Assembly: GCA_963715985.1 (NCBI GenBank)
Contig: CAVQSP010000013.1
Location: 128,001 to 192,000 of the forward strand
From: an uncultured Thermoleophilia bacterium
Lineage (GTDB): Bacteria; Actinomycetota; Thermoleophilia; UBA2241
Direction of reading: 5' to 3'
Length of the DNA stretch: 64,000 bases
The notes under the pieces were generated by a model. That model was not told where the DNA came from and made no database searches. It saw only the letters and a list, made by a program, of their open reading frames with translations. The translations under genes were made by a program, and so were the position numbers. This document shows positions 1-11,200 of the stretch, piece after piece; the stretch's first letter is position 1; every line of letters begins with the position of its first letter.

Positions 1-64
1 GAGTACTACGACCAGGCCGACATCGACGCGTTGGTCGTCGGCGGTCAAGGAGGTGACGGCATGA
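1..64 (+). CDS. gcvPA: 3' end of glycine dehydrogenase subunit 1-like protein (partial)
   Basis: Reads ...DQADIDALV..AVKEVTA* (one indel); its stop overlaps the next ATG (ATGA at 61-64), the usual gcvPA-gcvPB coupling. Confidence 0.5.
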   Translation, partial: STTTRPTSTRWSSAVKEVTA

Positions 65-1720
65 ATAGCGACCGTGGGCAGGCTATCGAGGGGGGCGCCG
101 AAGGTGCACCGCTCCGCGTGGAGACACCTCAGGACAAGGTCGCCCGTCTGGCCCGTCTGCGCCGCGACGGGGGCGTGCTGCGCGACTACCGGGCCCCGCG
201 CTGGGACGAGCCGTTCATCATGGAACAGGGGACGCCCGGCGAGCGCGGCATCTGCGTGCCGCTCGCCGAAGCAGGCGTGACCGCCGAGGTGGGCGCGGCG
301 GCCGACTACATCCCCGAGGGGATGGCCCGCGCCGCCGCCCCCGAGCTGCCCGAGATGGCGCAGTACCAGGTCATGCGCCACTACCTGCGCTACGCGCAGA
401 TGACGCTGGGCATGGACTTCGGCAGCGACATCAGCGAGGGCACCTGCACGATGAAGTACTCGCCCAAGATGCACGAGGAGCTCATCCGCGGCCACAGGGC
501 GGCGGACGTGCACCCGTGGCAGGACGAGGACACCATGCAGGGGCTCCTCGAGATCGTCTACGAGACCGGGCAGTACCTGAAGTCCATCAGCGGCATGGAC
601 GCCTTCACGCTGCAGCCCGGCGGCGGCTCCCACGCCGTGTTCACCAACGCCTGCGTGATGCGCCGCTACTTCGAGGCCAGGGGCGAGCTCGACCAGCGCA
701 CCGAGATGATCACGACGATCTTCTCGCACCCGTGCGACGCGGCCACGCCCATGGTCGCCGGCTTCAAGGTCATCACCGTGATGCCCGACGAGAACGGCTA
801 CCCGGACCTCGAGGCCTTCCGCGCGGCCGTCAGCGAGAAGACCGTGGGCTGCATGATCACCAACCCCGAGGACACCGGCATCTACAACCCGCAGATCGAC
901 AAGTACGTGGAGATCCTGCACGACGCCGGCGCCCTTGCCTTCACCGACCAGGCCAACGCCAACGGCATCCTCGGCTTCGCGCGCGCCCGCGACGCCGGCT
1001 TCGACGCCTGCCACTTCAACCTGCACAAGACGTTCTCGAGCCCGCACGGCTGCGAGGGTCCGGCCACCGGCGCCTACCTGTGCACCGACGAGTTGGCGCC
1101 GTACCTGCCGGTGCCGGTCGTCACGAAGGAAGGGGACAGGTACCACCTCGACTACGACCGGCCCGAGAGCATCGGCCGCGTGCGCGGCTTCCTCGGCAAC
1201 TGGATGGGCGTCATCCGCGCCTACGCCTGGATCCGCAGCATGGGTCCCGAGGGCCTCAAGGAGGTCGCCGAGATCAGCGTGCTCAACAACAACTACCTCG
1301 ACAACCTGCTGATGGCCGTCAAGGGCGTCAGCCGGCCGTACGCCGAGGGCCACCGCCGGCTCGACCAGGTGCGCTACAGCCTGGAGGACCTCAAGGAGGA
1401 CACGGGCGTCGGCACCGAGGCGCTGCGCGACCGCATGGTCGACTTCGGCATCCAGAGCTGCTGGATGAGCCACCACCCCTGGGTGGTGCCCGAGCCGTTC
1501 ACGCCCGAGCCCTGCGAGACCTACAGCAAGGCCGACCTCGACGAGTGGGCGGCGGTGATCAAGAAGGGCAGTCGACGAGGCCTACGCCGACGCGCAGTTC
1601 GTGCTGGACTCGCCGCACGCGCAGCCGATCGACCAGATGACGCGCACCGAAGCCATGGAGGACCCCGAGCAGTGGGCCTTCACGTGGCGCAAGTACAAGA
1701 GGAAGTTCCTGAAGGACTGA
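61..1720 (+). CDS. gcvPB: Aminomethyl-transferring glycine dehydrogenase subunit 2-like (PLP enzyme); frameshift near 1565
   Basis: GTCTMKYSPK, TNPEDTG and PLP-lysine motif FNLHKTFSSPHG; the C-terminus continues in another frame to FTWRKYKRKFLKD*. Confidence 0.85.
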
Positions 1721-1728
1721 TGTGCCGA

Positions 1729-1766
1729 GGGGCGGGGCGGCGGCCTGAGGGCCGCCGCCCCGCCCC
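1729..1766 (+). terminator. GC-rich hairpin after gcvPB
   Basis: 17-bp perfect inverted repeat GGGGCGGGGCGGCGGCC-TGAG-GGCCGCCGCCCCGCCCC; no U-tract. Confidence 0.5.
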
Positions 1767-1785
1767 CAGACGAGGAGAAGCTCAT

Positions 1786-2274
1786 ATGCGCCAGGACCTC
1801 AGCGTCGGCCAGCGCGTGCTGCGCTCGGTCGGCCTGACCATCATGCTGATGACCGCTGTCTTCTTCGGCATGCTCACCGTCTCATACAGCACGGCCAAGT
1901 ACGCCGAGGGCTGGCGGCAGGCGCTGATCGTCCTCTCGCTGGTACTCGCCGTCGTGGCCACCCTGGCCATGCTCGCCGACTCGTTCGACCTGTGGATGCT
2001 CGGCCGCCGCATCACGGCCTTCAGCGTGCGCATGGTCCATTCGCTCGTGTTCGTGAGCGTGTTGGCGGCCGTCGTGCTCAGCCTGGTGACGCGCACGTCG
2101 GGACTGCTGCTCGTTCTGACGCCCACGCTCGTCCTCTACCTGTTCACGGTGGTCAAGCCGCCGGCCCGCGCGGGCTCCGGCTCCAGGGCCGCGCCACGGT
2201 CCGGGGCTCGAGCCCCGGGAGGGTCGCGGTCGCAGCCGGGACGCCAGAGGCGTGGCGGCAAGAAGCGCAAGTGA
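1786..2274 (+). CDS. Hypothetical membrane protein (about 4 TM helices, basic tail)
   Basis: GAGGAG RBS then ATG; MRQDLSVGQRVLRS... with hydrophobic segments. Confidence 0.75.
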   Translation: MRQDLSVGQRVLRSVGLTIMLMTAVFFGMLTVSYSTAKYAEGWRQALIVLSLVLAVVATLAMLADSFDLWMLGRRITAFSVRMVHSLVFVSVLAAVVLSLVTRTSGLLLVLTPTLVLYLFTVVKPPARAGSGSRAAPRSGARAPGGSRSQPGRQRRGGKKRK

Positions 2275-3528
2275 ACACCGCCGCGCCGGATACCCCGGGC
2301 GGCGCCCAGGACACGGCCGCGGAGACCGGGGCGAGGAAGCTCGGCCTCATCGTCAATCCCGTGGCCGGGGTCGGCGGCCGCGTCGGACTCAAGGGCAGCG
2401 ACGGCGCCGAGGTGCTACGGTCCGCGCTCGAGCGCGGCGCCGTGCGCGAGGCGCCACGCCGCGCGCGCCTGGCGCTCGCGCGCCTGGCCCGCCTGCGCGA
2501 CTCCATCGAGCTGCTCACGTGGCCCGGCGAGATGGGGGAGGACGAGGCCCGCGCGGCCGGCTTCGAGCCGCGTCGTACTGGGCTCCTTCGAGGGGCGCCG
2601 GTCGTACGTGCAGTGCGAGCTCGAACGCGTCGCCGGGGAGCCGCCCGCCATCCGCTGTGACGACTTCGTACTGACCACGCCGGACGACACCGAGCAGGCG
2701 GCACGCGACCTGCTCGCCGCCGGCGTCGACCTCATCCTCTTCGCCGGCGGCGACGGCACGGCGCGCAACATCTGCAACGCCGTCGGCGACCGCGTGCCCG
2801 TGATCGGCGTGCCGGCCGGCGTCAAGATCCACTCCGCCGTGTACGCCACGAGCCCTGCCGCCGCCGGCGACGTGGTCGCGCTCTACCTGCACGACCGGCC
2901 CGCGGGCGTGCGCCTGCGCGAGGGCGAGGTCATGGACATCGACGAGGACGCCTTCCGCGAGGACCGCGTCTCCGCGCACCTCTACGGCTACATGGCCGTG
3001 CCCTACGCGCGGGGCCTCACGCAGAGCGCCAAGGCCGGCGGCGTGGCCGGGGAGGAGCGCGCCCTCAACGACGTGGCCGCGGACGTCATCCGCGACATGC
3101 GCCCCGGCGTCCTGTACATCCTCGGTCCCGGGACGACCACGCGCACGGTGATGGAGCGCCTCGGTCTGGCCAAGACGCTGCTCGGCGTGGACGCCGTGCG
3201 CGACGGCCGGCCGGCCGGCGCCGACCTCACGGAGGAGGGGCTGCTGGCTCTGCTCGACGGTGCCCCGGAAGCCCACGTCATCGTCACCGTCATCGGCGGT
3301 CAGGGGCACATCTTCGGGCGCGGCAACCAGCAGATCAGCCCGGCCGTGCTGCGCCGGGTCGGCGAGGGCGGCGTCACTGTCATCGCCACGCAGACCAAGC
3401 TGCTCAGCCTGGAGGGCCGCCCGCTGCTCGTGGACACCGGCGACCCGGACCTGGACCGCGAGCTCGCCGGGTACGTCAAGGTCGTCACCGGCCTCGGCGA
3501 GCGCACCATGTACAAGGTCGGCGCCTGA
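2271..3528 (+). CDS. ATP-NAD kinase / AcoX-like family protein; frameshift near 2570-2610
   Basis: LGLIVNPVAGVGGRVGLKGSDG, FAGGDGTAR, GVPAGVKIHSAV, GGQGHIFGRGNQQ motifs. Confidence 0.85.
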
Positions 3529-3548
3529 GCGGAGCGGAGTCGCTTGCC

Positions 3549-3590
3549 TAGACGCACGTTCCACCACGTGTAGACGCGCGTTCCATCGTG
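3549..3590. repeat. Tandem direct repeat with 22-bp period upstream of the PAS gene
   Basis: TAGACGCACGTTCCA (3549-3563) and TAGACGCGCGTTCCA (3571-3585), 14/15 identical. Confidence 0.7.
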
Positions 3591-3639
3591 CCTGCCTCCT
3601 CGTTGTCCGACTCTCCTAGTGACCAGAGAGCGGACCTCC

Positions 3640-4729
3640 ATGGGAGGCACCATGAAGACTGACTGGGCGGCGATGCTCATGGCGGACGAAGGTCCGGACC
3701 CGCTGGGGCTGGGCGAGTCGTTCTGGATGGTGCCGCAGCTCCCCTACGAGGTGGCGCAGCGGGTGAACACCGTCTTCGAGGTCCTCTCGCACCTGCCCCT
3801 CAAGCAGCCCGTGGTCGTCGTCTCCGACGTGGGCCGCACGATGGCCGTCAACGCGCCGCTGCTGGAGCTCGCCGGCGGCGAACCGGGCGACTACATCGGG
3901 CGACAGTGGTCGGCGGCGATGCCGGCCTGGCCCGAGCGCGCGCGTGGCTTCCGCCGCGCGGGCACACAGGTCTTCGAGGAATACATGGCCCGCTCGGGCG
4001 CCGATCCGCTCTGGGTGCGCGTCTCCTTCGGGCCCGTCCTGCAGCGCGGCGAAGAGCGCGCCATAGCGTACGTCCTCTTCATCACCAGGCCTGACGCGGA
4101 GACCATCGACCACGACGAGGTCCGGCGGCTGCGCAAGAGCCTCGAGCTGCTCGCCGAGATCCAGGCGGACTACGTGGTGGAGATCGACGCGGACGGCCTC
4201 ATGACCTTCGTGAGCCCCTCCTTCTGCCGCGCGGTCGGCGCGACCGAGTGGGAGCTGGTCGGTCACCCGTTCCTGGCGCGCGTGCACGTCGAGGATCGTG
4301 ACGCGGCCGACTCCGCCCTCGCGGAGGCGCGCCGGCCGCCGTTCTCCGGCGAGGTGCGCGCCCGCCTTGCGGCGGACGCCGGAACCCGCGTCGTCTGGCA
4401 AGTGGACGCCGTCATCGGCGCCGGGTTCTGCGGGCTCGATCTCGTCGGGCGCGTGCAGGAGGGCGATGGCTCGCGCCTCCTGGGCCGCCCCGCGGCCGGC
4501 GGTCGCGTCCGCGCCGCAGCCCGGCGGCCCTGCGCCCCTCGACCCGCGCCTGGACGCCGTCCGTGCGCACCTGGAGGCGCTCGTACCCGGCGACCGCGCG
4601 TCGCTGCTCGAGCTGGCTCGCGCCGTGGCCGCCGCCGCCGGTGCCGAGTGCGTGCTGTACGACGTGCTCGAGGGCGACACCGTCGAGGCGGCGGTGGGCT
4701 GGCGGCTGCCGCCGGCCGAAGAGGCCTAA
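3640..4729 (+). CDS. PAS-domain sensor protein (two PAS plus the start of a GAF-like segment, no output domain); frameshift near 4470
   Basis: PAS-like segments VVVSDVGRTMAVNAPLLEL and YVVEIDADGLMTFVSPSFCRAVG...ELVGHPFLARVHVEDR. Confidence 0.7.
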
Positions 4730-4747
4730 ACCTTCACGGTTGCGAAC

Positions 4748-4800
4748 TTGGCACTGGAAATCGGTGCCAAATCTTATACAATGTGCTTCACCAGTGCCTG
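4748..4800 (+). promoter_or_regulatory. Palindromic operator and -10 box upstream of the dehydrogenase
   Basis: TTGGCAC-N9-GTGCCAA (4748-4770), TACAAT (4777-4782), third half-site CCAGTGCC (4791-4798). Confidence 0.55.
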
Positions 4801-4893
4801 TGGAGGTAGCCGTCTGCCCCCACGCCCCAGCGCCGGGGGCGTGCGGGTGCCTCCGCCGGCGAGCATCCGGGGCGCCAAGGAGTGAAGCACACC

Positions 4894-6198
4894 ATGAAGG
4901 CTCTCATCGTCGGTACCGGCGGGGTCGGCGAGTCCATGGCCCAGATCGCGAAGCGTCGCGACCCCAAGGGCGAGTGGCTCGAGAAAGTGGTGCTCGCAGA
5001 CTACGACCTCACCAAGGCCCAGGCCGCGGCGGACAAGCTCAAGGACCCGCGCTTCGTGCCCGAGAAGGTGGACGCCGGCGACGTGGACAACGTCGTCGCC
5101 CTCGCCACGGGCCTCAATGTGGACATCATCTGCAACCTCTGCGCGCCTGAGTACAACCCCACGCTGCTGCGGGCCGCGATCAAGGCCGGCACGCACTACC
5201 TGGACACGGCGATGACGGTGTCGGAGCCGGACCCGGCCGGCCGCATCGGCCCGACCCATGTCAAGCTCGGCGACAAGCAGTTCCCGCTCGGCGCGGAGTT
5301 CGAGAAGACCGGCAAGCTGGCGCTCTCCGGCTTCGGCGTCGAGCCCGGCATGGCCGACTACTTCGCGCGCTACGCCGCCGACCACTACTTCGACGAGATC
5401 GAGGAGATCGGCATCCGTGACGGCTCCAACCTCGAGATCCCCGGCGCCAAGGGTATCGCCTTCGGCTTCTCCATCTGGACCACCATCGAGGAGTGCACGC
5501 AGCCGGCCATCATCTGGGAGAAGGACAAGGGCTGGTACACGGTGGAGCCGTTCGCCGAGCTGGAGACGTTCTTCCTGCCCGAGGGCATCGGCGAGGTCGA
5601 GGTGGCGCACGTGGAGCACGAGGAGGTCATCTGCCTGGGCCGCTCCGAGAGCCTTCTCAAGGGCAACAAGAAGGCGACCTTCAAGTACGCGCTCGGGGAC
5701 GAGTTCATGGAGGCCATGGAGATCTTCAAGTCCGTGAACATGGACAAGAAGGAGCCCATCAAGGTGAAGGGCGTCGAGGTGGCGCCGCGCGACGTGATCG
5801 CCGCGGCCGCTCCCGACCCCAACGAGATCGGCAAGAAGTACGTGGGCCAGACTGCCGCCGGCACCTGGGTGCGCGGCAAGAAGGACGGCATGGTCCGCGA
5901 GGTCTACCTGTACCAGATCGCCGACAACCAGGAGTGCGTGCAGAAATACGGCACCCAGGTGGTCGTCGCCCAGACCGCCTTCACGCCGGTCATCACGCTC
6001 GAGCTCCTCGCCACCGGCAAGTTGCAGGGCTACAAGGGCAACCCGGAGGCCGGCGTGCACGTGCCCGAGGAGTTCTCGGCCGACGACTACGTGAGCCTGA
6101 TGGAGGCCTACGAGTTCCCCGGCGGGCTCATGGAGATGGATTCCGAGTACAAGCGGCACCAGGACCACCAGGGTCTCACGGCGCCGCTCGGCAAGTAG
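4894..6198 (+). CDS. Saccharopine dehydrogenase / carboxynorspermidine dehydrogenase-like NAD(P) oxidoreductase
   Basis: AAGGAG RBS; Rossmann motif IVGTGGVG, YLDTA, GVEPG, FSIWTTIEEC, VEHEEV. Confidence 0.85.
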   Translation: MKALIVGTGGVGESMAQIAKRRDPKGEWLEKVVLADYDLTKAQAAADKLKDPRFVPEKVDAGDVDNVVALATGLNVDIICNLCAPEYNPTLLRAAIKAGTHYLDTAMTVSEPDPAGRIGPTHVKLGDKQFPLGAEFEKTGKLALSGFGVEPGMADYFARYAADHYFDEIEEIGIRDGSNLEIPGAKGIAFGFSIWTTIEECTQPAIIWEKDKGWYTVEPFAELETFFLPEGIGEVEVAHVEHEEVICLGRSESLLKGNKKATFKYALGDEFMEAMEIFKSVNMDKKEPIKVKGVEVAPRDVIAAAAPDPNEIGKKYVGQTAAGTWVRGKKDGMVREVYLYQIADNQECVQKYGTQVVVAQTAFTPVITLELLATGKLQGYKGNPEAGVHVPEEFSADDYVSLMEAYEFPGGLMEMDSEYKRHQDHQGLTAPLGK

Positions 6199-6233
6199 CG
6201 CCCGGCGAAGGGCGCCGGAAGCACGGCGCAGTC

Positions 6234-6277
6234 TGACGCGGCCGGCTGCCCCACATGCGGGGCAGCCGGCCGCGTCA
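6234..6277 (+). terminator. Hairpin terminator
   Basis: 19-bp perfect inverted repeat TGACGCGGCCGGCTGCCCC / GGGGCAGCCGGCCGCGTCA. Confidence 0.6.
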
Positions 6278-6429
6278 CGTTCGCGCCCGTCCCGGCCCGG
6301 CGGCGCTATACTCTGGTTTCGTCGTGGGCCCGCCCGGCCGGCGCAGGCGGGCCCTGTGCGCCGACGACCAGGCACGCATCGGAGGCGGGGGCCGCAGGCC
6401 GCCGCGGGCTTCGCGCAAGGGAGGCGGGC

Positions 6430-8282
6430 ATGGCACTCCGCGTTCTCGACTGGGGGCGGCGCGCGCAGGCTGCGTCGTCGCGCGCTGGTGCTCCTGGCCG
6501 CCGGCATCCTCGCCGCCGGTCTCGTCTGGGGTCTGGGTGCCGCCCTTGCGGCGGACCCCAGCGCGTCGCCGGCGGGCGGCAAGGTCGTCCTGCGCGTCGG
6601 CTGGACCAACGACCCCGACAACCTCAACCCCTTCATCGGGGCCGAGACGTCGTCGTACGAGATCTGGCTGCTCAACTACGACTTCCTCACCGGCTACTCG
6701 CTCGACCTCGAGCCCACCCCCGACCTCGCCACCTCCTGGGAGACCTCCACGGACGGCAAGGTGTGGACCTTCCACCTGCGCGAGGGCGTGAAGTGGCAGG
6801 ACGGCGAGCCGTTCACGGCCGCCGACGTCGCCTTCACGTACAACTACATCATCGAGAACCAGATGGGCGCCTACTCCAGCCTCACCAAGTACATCGAGGA
6901 GGCGGTGGCGGTGGACGATCTCACCGTGGAGATCCGCTGCAGCCGGCCCAAGGCCAACATGATCCGCACGTGGATCCCCATCCTGCCCGAGCACATCTGG
7001 AGCAAGGTCAGCCCCAAGGCGGCCGGGGCGTCGTACCAGAACAAGCCGCCGATCGTCGGCACCGGACCCTTCCAGGTCACTGAGGTGAAGAAGGGCGACT
7101 ACGTGAAGATGGTCGCCAATCCCACGTTCTGGGGCCAGAAGCCCACGATCGACGAGATCCTCTTCGTCAGCTACCAGAATCCGGACACGATGGCGCAGGA
7201 CCTGATCGGAGGCAGTCTCGACGCCGCCTGGGGCATCCCGTCCGCGCAGTTCGGCAAGCTGGAGGCGGCAGAGGGCATGGAGGCCATCTCGTACAACCTT
7301 CTGACGTGGGACTACCTCTCGATGAACTGCTACGAGGGCACGAGCCGCGGCAACCCTGTGCTCAAGGACGTCGCCTTCCGCCAGGCGCTCAACTGGGCCA
7401 TCGACCGGCAGCGCATCGTCGACCTGGCCTGGGCGGGCAGGGGCAAGCCTGGTTCGACGATCATGACGCCGGACTCGTGGGTGGACCCCGACTACCACTA
7501 TCAGCCGCCGCCCGACCAGCAGTACGCCTTTGACCCGCTGAAGGCCAAGCAGCTACTCGACGACGCCGGCTACCGGGACGCGAACGGCGACGGCGTCCGC
7601 GAGGACAAGAGCGGCAAGCCCATCAAGCTGCGCCTCTGGGCGCGCGCCGAATCGCCGGAGAGCCAGAAGACGGGCAGCCTGCTCACCGGCTGGTTCCGCG
7701 ACCTGGGCCTGCAGATCCAGTACCAGGTCATGGACGACGGCATCTACTACGACAGCATCTGGGGCTACCAGGGCGACACCTTCAGCCCCGACTTCGACAT
7801 GTACCTGTGGGACTTCGACGGCTACGCGGACCCGGGGGACACACTGGCCAGCTTCACCACGGCGCAGATCGAGAACTGGAACGAGCCGGCCTGGTCTGAC
7901 CCTGACTTCGACAAGGCTGTGGACGCGGCCAACACCACCATCGACCCTGAGGCGCGCAAGGACCCGGTCTGGCGGGCCCAGGAGATCATGTACGCGCAGT
8001 CGCCGGAGATCGTCATCGACTACCCGCAGAAGCTCGAGGCGATCGACACCTCGCGCTGGGACGGCTGGGCGCGCATGTACGGCGGCGCCGGCGCGGCCTT
8101 CTACACGAGCTACGTGCGCGACAGCTACCTGGATCTCAAGCCCAAGGCGGCGGCCGAGGGCGGGACGGGCGCGGCCGCGTCCACGACCCTGTGGATCACG
8201 GCCGGCGTGGTGGCGGCGCTCGCGGTGGCCGTGGTGGTGCTGCTCCTGAGGCGGCGCCGCGACGGCCGCCGAGGAGGAGTGA
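6430..8282 (+). CDS. Family-5 (oligopeptide/nickel-type) ABC substrate-binding protein with N-terminal signal and C-terminal TM anchor; indels near both ends
   Basis: DPDNLNPF, WETSTDGKVWTFHLREGVKWQDGEPFTAADVAFTY, GTGPF, FRQALNWAIDR; hydrophobic C-terminus followed by RRRR. Confidence 0.85.
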
Positions 8283-8283
8283 G

Positions 8284-11200
8284 CTACCGGCGGTACACTC
8301 GTACAAGGTCCTTGCCGGTGCGCTTGGCCGCGTAGAGGGCGGCGTCCGCGTGCGCCACGAGGTCGTCCATGTCACGCGCCATCGCCGGGTACGTGGCGAC
8401 CCCGATGCTCACCGTCAGATGCGCAGTCTGGCCGCCGTCGCCCACCCGGAAGGCGGTGCCGGCGATGACCGTGCGGAGGCGCTCTCCGAGCGCCTCCGCG
8501 CCCTCGCCGTGACCGACCGCCGGCTCCTCGCGGGGTGAGTCCGCGGGCTCGCCGCGCGGCACGCCGGTGTTGGGCAGGATCAGGGCGAACTCCTCCCCGC
8601 CGTAGCGCGCGGGCACATCCACGTCCTGGCGCAACTGGTCGGCCAGCACGTGGCCGAGCTCGCGCAGTACCTCGTCGCCGGCCTGGTGGCCCCACGTGTC
8701 GTTGAGCCCTTTGAAGTCGTCGATGTCGATCATCAGGAGGGACACGGGGGTGCCGTAGCGCTGCGCGCGCGCCAGCTCCTGCCCCAGGCGGTCGTAGAAC
8801 GTGCGGTGGTTCGCCAGCCCGGTGAGGCCGTCCACCGTGGCCTGCGCCTCGATGGTCGCGTAGAGGCGCGCGTTGTTGAATGCGATCGCGACCTGCTCCC
8901 CGAAGGCCTTGAGGAAGGCGAGCTCGTCGTCGGTGAACCCGCGCTCGCGCTCCGTCTCCACGAGCACGAGCATGCCGAGGGCCTCTCCCTGGAAGCGCAA
9001 AGGCACGTTGACGAGCGTCTTCTCCCCGGTGGCCTCCATGCACTCGCGCACGTACGCGTGGAGGTGGCGGTCGGCGAGGGTCTCCACGAAGACCTTGCCT
9101 TCCTCAAGGGCTCTGCGGTCGTCGGGCGCTTCCTTGACTTCGAACACGGAGCCGATCGGGTCTACGCGACCTGCTCCGTCCGGACCGAACCGCGTCCTGG
9201 TCACGATGGTGTCGTGCTCGCGGTCGTACTCGTAGATGAAGGCGACCGGTGAGCTCACCGCCTCCGCCGCCAGCTTGGCCACCTTCGGCAGCAGCTCGTC
9301 GATGTCCAGCGTGGACGTCACCGCCCGCCCGGCCTCCACGAGGGCCCTGAGCCAGCGGTTGCGCTCGGCCTCGCGGCCGTGCAGGCGGGCATTGGCGAGG
9401 GCCACGGCGGCCTGCTCGCCGATGGACGCGGCCAGGCGCCGCTCGTTGGGCGTGAACTCGCGCTCGGCGGCGCTCTCGATGAGGATCATCACGCCGATCA
9501 GCTCGCCGCTGGCCACCAGAGGGACGGTGAGCCACGTCTTCTCGCCGAACTTGTCCATGTCCGCGCGGTCCGACTCGGCCAGCTCTGGGTCCGAGCGCGA
9601 CTGCTGCACCACCTGCGCGGCGCGCAACGCCTCCAGCCCTCCCGTGTGCGTGCGGATGTCGTAGGACGTCCCCTCCAGACTGGCGGCGAGTCCGGGCGTG
9701 GGCCGGCGCTCCCACAGGCAGCGGAACTCCGCGCGCTGGTGGCGCATGGTGTACTCCCAGATCACGCACTCCGGACTGCCCAGCACCTCGCCGGCCGCAC
9801 GGGCCACTTCTCTCAGCACCTCCTGGAACTCGATGCTGGAGGCGATCGTGCGGCTGGTGCGCAGCAGGGCCGTGAGCTCCTCCGTGCGGTCGTGCAGCGC
9901 CCCGAAGGCGAGGTGGCGCTCCACGGCGGCGGAGAGGGAGGTCGCAGCGGTGGTGAGCAGGGCCACCTCGGAGAACTCCCACACGCGGTCGTCGCTGCAG
10001 TTGTGGAACCCGATGATGCCGAAGAAGGCGCCGTTCACGAGCAGCGGCAGGGTGAGCACGGAATGCACGTCCTGGGCCTCGAGGATGCCGCGCGAGTACT
10101 CGTTGAAGTCGCCGGGCCTGCCCATGACCGGCGCCCCGGCCGCGAGACGCTCGGTCCACTGCGGCCCCAGGGCCTCCCACGGCTGGCCCTGGAGCACGGG
10201 GTTGTCGATCTGTGCGGAGATGCCCGGCCGCACGAGCTCCGCGCACTGGAAACCGAGCAGCGCGCCGCGGCCGTCAGGGCAGTTCTCGAAGACGTACACA
10301 CGGTCCGCGCCGGACGCCCGCATCAGCTCGGGGAGCACGAGGTCGTACAGGGTTGCGGGTGGCGCGTCCTCGTCGGCGCCGAGGAGCTTGCGCTGGATCT
10401 CGCCCACGGCCTCGGTGTACGCCTGCCGTCGTTCGCGCTCGGTCACGTCGCGAACGGCCTGCGTCACCAGGCGGCGGCCGCTCAACGTGAAGGCGCCGCT
10501 TGTGATCTCCACGGGGAACTCCTCGCCGTCGGCGCGCCGGTGCCGGCGCAAGGAGACGTGTCTGGCTCCGCTCTCCAGCGCCAGCCGAGCGACGTCGCGC
10601 GTCTCTTCGGGTTCGGCCGAGAGCTGGACGAGCGGCATGCCCAGCAGCGCCTCGCGCGGGTGGCGGTACATGCGGCTTGCCGCCTCGTTGGCGTCGATGA
10701 TGGTGAGCCCGTCCAGGTCGACCAGCAGCAGCGCGTCCGGCTCCAGGTCGAACATGCGCCGGTAGCGCTCTTCGCTCTCGCGTAGCTCGTCCTGGGCGTG
10801 CCGGCGTTCATCCACCTCCGCGCGCAGGGCGTCGTTGACCACCTCGAGCGCGGTGGTGCGGTCGATGACCGCGGCCTCGAGACTGGCGTTGAGCCGGCGC
10901 ACCTGCTCTTCGGCGCGGGCACGCGCCACGAGCTCACCGGCCTCGCGGCCGACGGCCATCAGCACCTGCGTGGGGTCGGGCGAGAGCGCCTGCGGGCGGC
11001 ACGAGAAGAGGGTGAGCCCGCCGAACACCGCGTCGGCCGCTCCGAGCGGGACGGAGACGGCGCAGGCGAACTCCCCGGGCACGGCGTCGCCGCGCTCCCG
11101 GAGGCGCACCAGCGGCTCCCCCCTTATCAGGGCGCGCTCGCCCAGATCGGTGCGACGAGACCGGGCGTAGTGAGCGCGGACGTCATCGGGCAGGCCGAGC

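Noticed and set aside
31-2274. 747-aa GcvPB-membrane protein fusion in the ORF track
   Set aside because: Artefact of the indel near 1565. GcvPB ends at 1720, and a hairpin and a separate RBS/ATG precede the membrane gene.
4749-4765. Sigma54 promoter (TGGCAC)
   Set aside because: No TTGC at the -12 position; better explained as half of a palindrome.
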